A program made the translations under genes and the position numbers. The notes beneath the pieces are model-generated. The model was not told the DNA's origin. It did not search any database and worked only from the letters and a program-made list of their open reading frames with translations. From Chloroflexota bacterium (GTDB lineage: Bacteria; Chloroflexota; Limnocylindria; P2-11E): a stretch of DNA of 64,000 nt. The stretch spans positions 17,475 to 81,474 of the forward strand of contig VBFY01000057.1 in the NCBI GenBank assembly GCA_005889405.1, written 5' to 3'. Shown piece by piece: positions 7,901 through 16,196 of the stretch; within the stretch, counting starts at the first letter, position 1, and each line of letters opens with the position of its first letter.

Positions 7901-9933
7901 GCGTGCCCGCGCAGATCACGATCCTGATCCCCGACCCGGACGAGATGATGTTCGTCACCGGCAACAACGACGCGAACATCGATCGCATCGAGCGGGAGTT
8001 CGCGGTGAAGATCGTGTCGCGCGGCGCGGAGCTGCGCATCATGGGCGACCCCGGGAATGTCGCGCGCGTCGGCGAGCTCGTCAGCGCGATGCGGACGCTC
8101 TCCGATCGCGACGAGAATCTGCGTAAGCCCGCGCTCGAGCGGCTCATCGATGAAGCGAAGGACGCGCCGGTCGCCGCACCCGAGCAACTGCGTGAGGTCG
8201 TCGCGACGACGGTGCGCGGGAAACGCATCACCCCGCAGTCCGCGAACCAGCGGAGTTATGTCGAGGCGATCCGCAGCCACGATCTTGTCTTCGCGACAGG
8301 TCCCGCCGGGACCGGAAAAAGCTATTTGGCGGTCGCGCTCGGTGTCGCCGCACTACGCGATCGCAAGGTCGCGCGTCTCATCCTCACGCGGCCCGCGGTG
8401 GAGGCGGGGGAGCGGCTCGGCTTCCTACCCGGCGATCTCACGGAAAAGATCGACCCGTACCTGCGCCCGCTCTACGACGCGCTCTACGAGCTCATGCCGC
8501 CGGAGCGCTTCACGCGCGCGATGGAACGCGGCGAGATCGAGGTGGCGCCGCTGGCGTTCATGCGCGGACGCGCGCAGCCGGTGTTCAGCAAGGTCCTCAC
8601 GCCGACCGGGTTCACCACCATCGGCGATCTCTCGGTCGGAGATCAGGTCATCGGCTCGGATGGACGGCCGACGACGGTGCTCGGTGTATACCCGCAGGGA
8701 CGTAGGCCGTTATTTCGCGTCGGGACTCAGGACGGAGCATCGACGCTCGCCTGCGGCGAGCACCTGTGGGTCGTGGCGACCGCAAGCGATAAGAGGCATG
8801 GCAAACCGTTCCGCATCGTGCAGACGCGGGACATGGTGGGACGCCTGCGCGTGGCGCATCAGCACCGCTACGAGCTGCCGCTCCTCACGCGTCCGGTGGA
8901 GTTCGATCGGTACCACATCCTCATGGACCCGTATGCTCTTGGTCTGCTGCTCGGCGACGGCTGCGTGACCACGTCGACGACCCCGTCATTCACAACCGCG
9001 GACCCGAGCCTCGTGACCGCCCTCGCGTCGCGCCTTCCGGACACCGAGATCTTTCGTAAGGGCGAGATCGAGTACGTCCTGCGCCGAAGGGGCGGCGCGC
9101 GAGGCGGACCGAGGATCGTGAACCCGGTGACCGATCTGCTGCGCAAGCTTCAGCTGGCTGGCAGGCACTCGGCAGATAAGTTCGTGCCCACGGAGTACCT
9201 TTGCAACATCTCCGAAGTACGGCTCGGAGTGATGCAGGGTCTGCTCGATGCGGACGGCGGCCCGGTCACGCAGGATGGACGAACGTGCCGCATCCAGTAC
9301 ACGACGACATCACCCCGACTCCGGGAGGACATGGTCTTCCTGGTGCGCTCGTTTGGCGGCGTTGCGTACTGGCGGACACGCCGTGCCGAAGGTCGCAAGC
9401 CCGGTCGTGCGCGCGGTCGCGGTCTTCACAACCGCGCGGACGCGTATCAGGTCGAGATTCGTCTGCCAGCCGGCATCGTGCCGTTCAGGCTCGCGCGCAA
9501 GCGCGATCTCTATGACACGCAAGGCGGTGGCCGGCCGATGCGCTTCATCGACAGCGTCGAGCCCGCGGGCGAGCACGAAACGGTCTGCATCAAGGTCGCG
9601 GCTCCCGATTCGCTCTACATCACCGACGACTTCCTGGTAACGCACAACACCCTCAACGAAGCGTTCATCATCCTCGACGAAGCGCAGAACGCGACGCCGG
9701 CGCAGATGAAGATGTTCCTCACGCGCCTCGGGTACGGTTCGCAAGCTGTTGTGAACGGCGACATCACGCAGATCGACCTCGATAAAGACCAGCGCTCCGG
9801 TCTGGTCGTCGGACGCGAGATCCTGCGCGGGGTCGAGGGCATCGCCTTCGTTGACTTCAACGAACGCGACGTCGTGCGCCACGAGCTCGTTGCGCGGATA
9901 GTCCGGGCGTACGATCGGTACGAAAAGAAGTGA
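7897..9933 (+). CDS. phoH: PhoH-family ATPase, interrupted by an intein
   Basis: Walker A GPAGTGKS. The conserved AFMRGR | TLNEAFIILDEAQN block is split by a 359-aa insertion. Exteins total ~319 aa, typical for PhoH. Confidence 0.9.
   Translation: MSVPAQITILIPDPDEMMFVTGNNDANIDRIEREFAVKIVSRGAELRIMGDPGNVARVGELVSAMRTLSDRDENLRKPALERLIDEAKDAPVAAPEQLREVVATTVRGKRITPQSANQRSYVEAIRSHDLVFATGPAGTGKSYLAVALGVAALRDRKVARLILTRPAVEAGERLGFLPGDLTEKIDPYLRPLYDALYELMPPERFTRAMERGEIEVAPLAFMRGRAQPVFSKVLTPTGFTTIGDLSVGDQVIGSDGRPTTVLGVYPQGRRPLFRVGTQDGASTLACGEHLWVVATASDKRHGKPFRIVQTRDMVGRLRVAHQHRYELPLLTRPVEFDRYHILMDPYALGLLLGDGCVTTSTTPSFTTADPSLVTALASRLPDTEIFRKGEIEYVLRRRGGARGGPRIVNPVTDLLRKLQLAGRHSADKFVPTEYLCNISEVRLGVMQGLLDADGGPVTQDGRTCRIQYTTTSPRLREDMVFLVRSFGGVAYWRTRRAEGRKPGRARGRGLHNRADAYQVEIRLPAGIVPFRLARKRDLYDTQGGGRPMRFIDSVEPAGEHETVCIKVAAPDSLYITDDFLVTHNTLNEAFIILDEAQNATPAQMKMFLTRLGYGSQAVVNGDITQIDLDKDQRSGLVVGREILRGVEGIAFVDFNERDVVRHELVARIVRAYDRYEKK
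8572..9648 (+). mobile_element. intein with LAGLIDADG homing endonuclease domain inside phoH
   Basis: Block A-like AQPVFSKVLTPTG. Two LAGLIDADG motifs (YALGLLLGDGCV and RLGVMQGLLDADGG). C-terminal block DDFLVTHN followed by +1 Thr. Host extein sequences are contiguous when the insertion is removed. Confidence 0.85.
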
Positions 9934-12044
9934 TCCGACTCCCGGCCGGACGCCGGCTGAACCAGATTCCGGCCGCGCTTCGCACGACGCTCGGCGCGAC
10001 GACGCTCCGGATGTACGTCTTCGTCATCGCGACCGGCGCCCTCACCGCTCTCGCGCTGCTCCTCTCGCCTCCTGCGACGGTGGGCTACGACGTTGGGACC
10101 CTCGCCGACCGCACGGTGAAGGCGCCACGCTCCGTGGCCTTCGTCTCCGAAACGCTCACTGAGGCGGAGCGCGAGCGCGCCGCGGCGGCGGTGGCGAAGG
10201 TGTACACGCGCGATCCGGCCGTCGTCGCGAGCTCGCGGGACCGGCTGGCGCAGGCCATCGCCGCGATCGGACGCGTCCGCGCCGACGCCGCGCAGACGCG
10301 AGACCAGCGCATCACGTCGATCACGCGTCTCACCGAAGTTGCGATCAGCCCGCAGCTCGCGCCGCTCGTCGTCGACATGACCGCCGCAGAGTGGGATGCG
10401 GTCTCCAAGGAAGTCGACAACGCGCTGCGCACGCTCTATCAGCCGGGCATCCGGCCCGAGCAGCTCGATACCGCGCGCGCCGCCGCGGCGACATCGTTGC
10501 CGCCGGCCTGGACCGACCGGCAGAAAGCCGTAGGGGCGGAGCTGGTGCGGCAGTTCCTCGAGGCGGACGTCGCGCTCGACGCGGTCCAGACGGCCAGCGC
10601 GCAGCAAGCCGCTCGAAACGGTGTGCTGCCGGTGACAGTGCAGGTCCTCGCGGGCGAGGTCGTCGTGCGCGAAAGCACGGTCGTGAACGCGCTCGACGTC
10701 GAGAAGCTCCGCGCGCTCGGTCTGGTGAACACCGGCATCGACTGGCCGGGCGCGGTCGGACTCACGATCTGGGCGGTCCTCATCGCGGCGGTGCTCGCGC
10801 TCTTCATGGAGCGCCACGCGACCGAGGCCTGGAACGACGACCGCAAGATGATCCTCGTCATCCTTTCGCTGCTCGCGGTCACCGTGACCGCCCGCGCACT
10901 CGTGCCGGGCCACACCCTTCTCGTGTACTTCATCCCGTTCGCCGCGGTCGCGATGATCATCACCGTGCTCGTCGGCGGCCGCACGGCGCTCGCGACGCAG
11001 ATCGCCGGCGCGCTGCACGTCGGCATCATGTCGGGACAGGTCGAGCTCGTCGCATACGTGCTCGTCCCAGCTCTTCTGGGGATGGCCGCGGTGCGGCGCG
11101 CCACGACCGCGCGCGAGTTCGCGACCGGAGCGGTGTCCGTTGCGGTCGGGAACCTCGGCGTCGTCGTCTCGTTCGCGCTCGTCGGTCAGTCCACCGATCC
11201 GCTCGGCGCCGCGCAGCTCGCGGTCGCGGCGCTTGTGAGCGGCGCGGGCTCGGGCCTGCTCGCGTTCGCCGGCATGGCGATCTTTGGCCACGTCTTCCGC
11301 ATCACGACGGTGTTCGAGCTGCGCGAGCTCGCGGACCCGAACCATCCGCTGCTGCGTCAGCTCCTGCTCCGCACGCCGGGCACCTATCACCACTCGCTGC
11401 TTGTCGCGAACCTGGCGGAACGCGCCGCGGAGGTGATCGGCGCGGATCCACTCGTCGCTCGCGTGGGCGCCTATTACCACGACATCGGCAAGATGCGGAA
11501 CCCATCCGCGTTCATCGAGAACCAGACCGGAACGAATCCGCACGACGAGCTCGACCCGATGGTCTCCGCCGGCATCGTCGCGGCGCACGTTCGCGACGGA
11601 CTGTCGCTCGCGGATCGGTACCACCTGCCGGCGATGATCCGCGAGATGATCCCAGCGCATCACGGCACCAGCGTGGTCAAGTACTTCTACCAGCTCGCCC
11701 AGCAGCGCGGTCAGAACCCTGACGACGCGTCCTTCCATTACCCGGGCCCGCGGCCGCGCACGAAGGAAGCCGGCATCGTCATGCTTGCTGACGGCACCGA
11801 GGCGTCGGTGCGATCGCTCGCGGAGAAGAAACCCGAGACGATCCGCGTGATGGTCGAGCGGATCGTCAGCGACCGCCTCGCGGAAGGTCAGCTCGACGAA
11901 TGCGACCTCACGCTGCGCGACCTGCAGCAGATCAAGGACGCGTTCTGCGAGCTCCTCCTCGGCGTCTACCACGAGCGGATCCCGTATCCGGAAGACCGCA
12001 TCGCACGCATCCCTCCCGCATCACAGGCGGCGTCCGACCGCTGA
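9930..12044 (+). CDS. pgpH: 7TM-HD membrane phosphodiesterase (PgpH/YqfF family)
   Basis: N-terminal extracellular region, 7 TM helices, then an HD domain (YYHDIGK, HH..., LADGTEA). GTG start overlaps the phoH stop; phoH-yqfF-ybeY order is conserved. Confidence 0.85.
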   Translation: MIRLPAGRRLNQIPAALRTTLGATTLRMYVFVIATGALTALALLLSPPATVGYDVGTLADRTVKAPRSVAFVSETLTEAERERAAAAVAKVYTRDPAVVASSRDRLAQAIAAIGRVRADAAQTRDQRITSITRLTEVAISPQLAPLVVDMTAAEWDAVSKEVDNALRTLYQPGIRPEQLDTARAAAATSLPPAWTDRQKAVGAELVRQFLEADVALDAVQTASAQQAARNGVLPVTVQVLAGEVVVRESTVVNALDVEKLRALGLVNTGIDWPGAVGLTIWAVLIAAVLALFMERHATEAWNDDRKMILVILSLLAVTVTARALVPGHTLLVYFIPFAAVAMIITVLVGGRTALATQIAGALHVGIMSGQVELVAYVLVPALLGMAAVRRATTAREFATGAVSVAVGNLGVVVSFALVGQSTDPLGAAQLAVAALVSGAGSGLLAFAGMAIFGHVFRITTVFELRELADPNHPLLRQLLLRTPGTYHHSLLVANLAERAAEVIGADPLVARVGAYYHDIGKMRNPSAFIENQTGTNPHDELDPMVSAGIVAAHVRDGLSLADRYHLPAMIREMIPAHHGTSVVKYFYQLAQQRGQNPDDASFHYPGPRPRTKEAGIVMLADGTEASVRSLAEKKPETIRVMVERIVSDRLAEGQLDECDLTLRDLQQIKDAFCELLLGVYHERIPYPEDRIARIPPASQAASDR

Positions 12045-12097
12045 AGATCGCGGTCCGTGGCGAGGCCCCGTGTGATCTCGCACCCGCGCGCCGCGCC

Positions 12098-12496
12098 GTG
12101 CGCGCCGCACTTCGCCCCTACGGCGTCACGCGGGATGCAGAGGTCGTGCTCGCCTTCGTCGACGATGCCGCGATGCGCGAGCTCAACCGCCGTTACCGCG
12201 GGAAGGATCGGACCACGGACGTGCTCTCGTTCGGGCAGTCGCTGGGCCGCGGCGCCAGAGGCCTACATGCGGCGGCGTTGCTGAAACGCGAGGCCGACGG
12301 CACGCTCGAGCTCGGGGATGTCGTCATCAGCGGCGCCCAGGCCGCGCGCCAGGCGATACGGCGCCGCCGGCCACTCGCCACCGAGGTCGCTTTCCTGGCG
12401 GCTCACGGGGCACTCCACCTGCTGGGATACGAGGACGACACCAGCGCGGGATACCGCGAGATGCTCCGGCTGGGCCGCGCGGCGCTGAAAGGTTAA
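12098..12496 (+). CDS. ybeY: rRNA maturation endoribonuclease YbeY
   Basis: TDVLSF and the HGALHLLGYEDD zinc-binding motif. Start is uncertain: GTG 12098 is the first canonical start after the pgpH stop, and the conserved region begins shortly after. Confidence 0.8.
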   Translation: MRAALRPYGVTRDAEVVLAFVDDAAMRELNRRYRGKDRTTDVLSFGQSLGRGARGLHAAALLKREADGTLELGDVVISGAQAARQAIRRRRPLATEVAFLAAHGALHLLGYEDDTSAGYREMLRLGRAALKG

Positions 12497-12539
12497 CGAA
12501 CAGAAAAGCGATGAAACACCGCCGCCGACCGCGCGTTAC

Positions 12540-14255
12540 TTGAGGGCGATGAGAGGGAGCGCCGTCCTCCTGGTGGTGGCCGTGGTCCTGACGGGCCTCC
12601 TGCCCGGCGCCCCGGCCGCCGCCAGCACCGCGGAGCTCGTGCAGCACCTCGACCAGCTCGTGAGCAGCTTCCCCGGCGGCGCGGGTCTATGGATCGCGGA
12701 TCCGAACGCCGCCAAGCCGCTCTACTCGCACGATGCCGACGAGCCCGTCATCACCGCCTCGCTCTACAAGCTCGCGGTGCTCGCCGAGGCCGAGCGGCGT
12801 GTCGACGCGGGGCAGCTCCACTACGGCGACGTCATCACGATCGAGAGCGAGGACATCACCGAGGATGGCTCGTTCGAGGTCGCGGGAACTGAGCTCACAC
12901 TCGACCAAGCGCTCGAAGCGATGATCACGATCTCCGATAACGGCGCGGCGCTCGCCCTTTGGCATGTGCTCGGCGCGGACAACATCAACGCAACTCTGCG
13001 CAACGTGGGCATCAACGACTTCCACGTATTCGTGGCGTGGGGCGAGGACGCCAATGTCGCGACCCCACGCGCGATCGGCACGCTGCTCACGCTCCTCGCG
13101 AAGCGCCAGCTGATCTCGGCCGCGGCGTCGGATCGGATGCTGGCACGGCTCGAGCGCCAGCAGATCAACGACCGGCTTCCCGCGGAGCTCCCGGAGGGCG
13201 TGGTCGTCGCGCACAAGACCGGAAACCTTCCGGGCCTCACGCATGACGCCGGCATCATCTACACCCCGTCGGGTCCACGGGTCGTCGTGGCGATGACCTG
13301 GGACGCGTATGACGCAGATGCATATGCGTTCATCGCCAATGTCGGGTCGATCGTGTACAGCGCTGTCCTCGAGCCACCGGCGAACGCGCGGTATGAAGTG
13401 CCGCGCACGACCCTCAGCGTGGACGTCGGTTCGTCGCCGCGCATCACGGTCCCGATCACCAACGCCGGGAGCGACCCGTGGAACGTCAGCGGCGCGGGTT
13501 CGTATCGCCTCATCTGGGAGATGCGCGACAGCAAGAACGCGCTCATCGCGACGTCGCCCGTGCCGATCGTGCTCCCCGGCCTCGCGCCGGGGAAGAGCGC
13601 GAACGTTGGCGTCGTGCTCGCGGTGCCGCAGACGCCTGGCGATTACAAGGTGACGCTCGGGCTCGCCGACGCGAACGGGAACGGACTCGCGAAGCTCGGT
13701 GCCGCGACGGCATCGTTCCAGGTGCGCGCGCATCAGCCCTACATCGCGAACGCCGCGACCAGCGTGCCGGCCATTCTCCACCGTGGAGAGGCGTCGTTGC
13801 TCGTTACGAAATACACCGCACTGCCCACGGCGGGCACGACCGCGCACGCGCTCACGCTCACGTGGCGGCTGATCGACACGAAGACGAGTCGCTCGGTCGC
13901 GCAGGGGTCCATCGCCCTCGGAACGCTCGAGCCCAACGCGACCGGCGACTTCTTCGCGCCGCTCGTCGCACCCGCCGTGATCGGCTCCTACCGTCTCGCG
14001 TACGAGGTCCGCGAGAAGAACATCGCTGTGACCGAGACGGTCACCACGAACGTGACGATCGTGGGACCGCGGACCTACCCGGACGATGAGGGTGGCCGAA
14101 CACCGCCGGCCATCACGATCACGCCGCCTTCCACGGCCACGCCCTCGCCCACGCGAATGCGCTTTGCGTCACCGACGCCTGGGATCGTGCCGAGTCCACA
14201 GTTGCCGACGTTGCCTGTGCCTCGCGGTCGCGCGACACCAACAGCGACTCCCTAA
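12540..14255 (+). CDS. secreted class-A beta-lactamase-like serine hydrolase fused to two Ig-like (CARDB-like) domains and a Pro/Thr-rich tail
   Basis: Signal peptide; SxxK (SLYKL), SDN (ISDNGA) and KTG (HKTGN) motifs in the first ~290 aa. Then two ~100-aa beta-rich repeats (ITNAGSDPW... and ALTLTWRL...), then PPSTATPSPT... Confidence 0.75.
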   Translation: MRAMRGSAVLLVVAVVLTGLLPGAPAAASTAELVQHLDQLVSSFPGGAGLWIADPNAAKPLYSHDADEPVITASLYKLAVLAEAERRVDAGQLHYGDVITIESEDITEDGSFEVAGTELTLDQALEAMITISDNGAALALWHVLGADNINATLRNVGINDFHVFVAWGEDANVATPRAIGTLLTLLAKRQLISAAASDRMLARLERQQINDRLPAELPEGVVVAHKTGNLPGLTHDAGIIYTPSGPRVVVAMTWDAYDADAYAFIANVGSIVYSAVLEPPANARYEVPRTTLSVDVGSSPRITVPITNAGSDPWNVSGAGSYRLIWEMRDSKNALIATSPVPIVLPGLAPGKSANVGVVLAVPQTPGDYKVTLGLADANGNGLAKLGAATASFQVRAHQPYIANAATSVPAILHRGEASLLVTKYTALPTAGTTAHALTLTWRLIDTKTSRSVAQGSIALGTLEPNATGDFFAPLVAPAVIGSYRLAYEVREKNIAVTETVTTNVTIVGPRTYPDDEGGRTPPAITITPPSTATPSPTRMRFASPTPGIVPSPQLPTLPVPRGRATPTATP

Positions 14256-14407
14256 GCGAAGAGGCGTCGACCGCGGACGCGGCGCTCCTCGAGCGAGCGT
14301 CTGCGCCCAGCCGGCCCGAGCGGCGCACGCGCGGTGAATGGGCGGGCCGGCGTAGCCAGCAGCGAGCGAGGGGAGTGCCGCGTCTGCTACAGAGGCCTAG
14401 ATGAGCG

Positions 14408-15226
14408 CTAGCGCCACCTCGCCAGGATGTTTTCCCGTTGAAATGCGAGTCGCGCGACGATGAAGACGGCGATGTCGACAGCGATGAGGATCACGGTGAA
14501 TTGCAGGAACGCGTCGTTGTCGAGGATGACGCGGCCGGTCACCTGCGCGATCCCGAGACCGACGACCGGCACGACGACGAGACCGCCGATCTGCTGCGCG
14601 ACGCGAACGTCGTTCACGCGCGTGGAGATCAGGATGCCGAGGTTCACCGAGAGCATCGTGAGGAGCGGGACCATCACGACGATCGCGAGGATCCACCGGG
14701 GCGCGGTCACGGCGCGCACCGCAGCCTGACTGCCGATCGCGGAGACCGATAGCAGGTAGATCGCGTACGCGATCCACGTCACGATCACCGAGGGGATCGT
14801 GGACGCGAGGCTCTTCGCGAGCAGCAGCTCACCGACGCCGACGGGGGTCGCGAGCAGCGGCTCGAGCGTGCGCGCCGCCTTCTCGCCGATGACCGAGAAG
14901 ATCGCCATGGTCAGCGGCACGACGGTCGGGATGAGCATGAACAGGATCAGGAAATACGTCGCGATGAAACCCTGGATCGCTTCCTTTGGATCGAGTCCGG
15001 CGACCGCCGGGGCGGCCGCGTACATCGCCTGTACGTCGCGGTCGCTGGGTGGATTTGCCGCCGCTGCGGCGACCGCGCCGATGCCGGCGGCGAGGATGAC
15101 GACCGGTGGCAGTAGCGTCATCGCAACGAGCAGCCGGTTGCCGAGCGCCTCGCGCCATTCGCGCACGCACACCGCGCGCACGAGCGTGCCGCGCTCCGGC
15201 GTTCGCGCGAGTGCGAGCGTCGTCAC
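14408..15226 (-). CDS. ABC-2 type exporter permease
   Basis: Six predicted TM helices, 272 aa; immediately downstream of and overlapping-coupled to the ATPase gene. Confidence 0.8.
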   Translation of the reverse strand: MTTLALARTPERGTLVRAVCVREWREALGNRLLVAMTLLPPVVILAAGIGAVAAAAANPPSDRDVQAMYAAAPAVAGLDPKEAIQGFIATYFLILFMLIPTVVPLTMAIFSVIGEKAARTLEPLLATPVGVGELLLAKSLASTIPSVIVTWIAYAIYLLSVSAIGSQAAVRAVTAPRWILAIVVMVPLLTMLSVNLGILISTRVNDVRVAQQIGGLVVVPVVGLGIAQVTGRVILDNDAFLQFTVILIAVDIAVFIVARLAFQRENILARWR

Positions 15227-15227
15227 G

Positions 15228-16196
15228 TCAAGGCACCTTGCCCGACGTCTCGAGGTCGGCGGGAAGTTTGGCTCGGCCTTCCACGATGCTCAGGTACACG
15301 TCCTCGAGATGCACCTTGCGCTCGATGACGTACGCGATCTGCGCGCCGCCGTCGACGAGCGCCCGCACGAGGAGTGGATTCGTCCGGAGCGGATCGGCCG
15401 CGGACACGATGATCGAGCCGTTCTCGAGGTGTGCCTCGCGCACGCCCACGACGCTCTGCACGCGGACGAGATCTTCGGCGCGCGGCGTCGGCATCAGGCG
15501 GATCTCGGTCGAGCGTCCGTAGAGCTCCGCGCGAAGGTGGTCAGGCGTATCGATGCGGATCACCGACTGACGGAAGAACGCGATGCGGTCGCAGAGGCGG
15601 TCCGCCTCGTCGAGGTTGTGCGTGCACAGGAACACCGTGCGTCCCTGCCCGCGCAGCGCGACGATGAACTCGCGCACCGTCTTGGCTGCGTCGGGATCGA
15701 GTCCGGTCGTCGGCTCGTCGAGGAAGAGGATGCGTGGCTCGTGCAGCGCTGCGCGCGCGATCGCCATCTTCTGCTTCATGCCGCGCGAGAACGTCGCGAC
15801 GGCCTCCAGGCGCCGATCCCAGAGTCCCATGAGCCGCAGGAAGTGCTCGGCCTGCCGCGCTGCCCTTGGTCCGTCGAGCCCGTAGAGCGTCGCGAAGAAC
15901 ACCAGGTTCTCCCACGCGGACTGGCGTTCGTACAGGCCGGGCTGTTCCGTGAGGATCCCGACCGCCGCGCGGATCTCGGAATCCTGCCGTCCGAGGCGGA
16001 ATCCGGCGACCTCCGCCGTGCCCGACGTCGCGCCGATCAGGGCGCAGAGCAGGCGCAGCGTGGTCGTCTTTCCGGCGCCGTTCGGTCCGAGAAACCCGAA
16101 CACTTCGCCCTCGCGCACCTCGAGGTCGAGTCCATCGACCGCGGCGAGCGAGCCGAAGCGCTTCGTCAGCTTCTCGGTGCGGATGACGGTGTTCAT
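15228..16196 (-). CDS. ABC transporter ATP-binding protein (ABC-2 exporter type)
   Basis: Walker A GPNGAGKTTT, signature FSRGMKQKM, Walker B ILFLDEPTTGLD. Confidence 0.9.
   Translation of the reverse strand: MNTVIRTEKLTKRFGSLAAVDGLDLEVREGEVFGFLGPNGAGKTTTLRLLCALIGATSGTAEVAGFRLGRQDSEIRAAVGILTEQPGLYERQSAWENLVFFATLYGLDGPRAARQAEHFLRLMGLWDRRLEAVATFSRGMKQKMAIARAALHEPRILFLDEPTTGLDPDAAKTVREFIVALRGQGRTVFLCTHNLDEADRLCDRIAFFRQSVIRIDTPDHLRAELYGRSTEIRLMPTPRAEDLVRVQSVVGVREAHLENGSIIVSAADPLRTNPLLVRALVDGGAQIAYVIERKVHLEDVYLSIVEGRAKLPADLETSGKVP

Noticed and set aside
9615-11972. 785-aa minus-strand ORF antisense to pgpH
   Set aside because: Extreme Arg/Asp/Glu/His low-complexity composition, no motifs, fully overlapped by the HD-domain membrane protein on the other strand.
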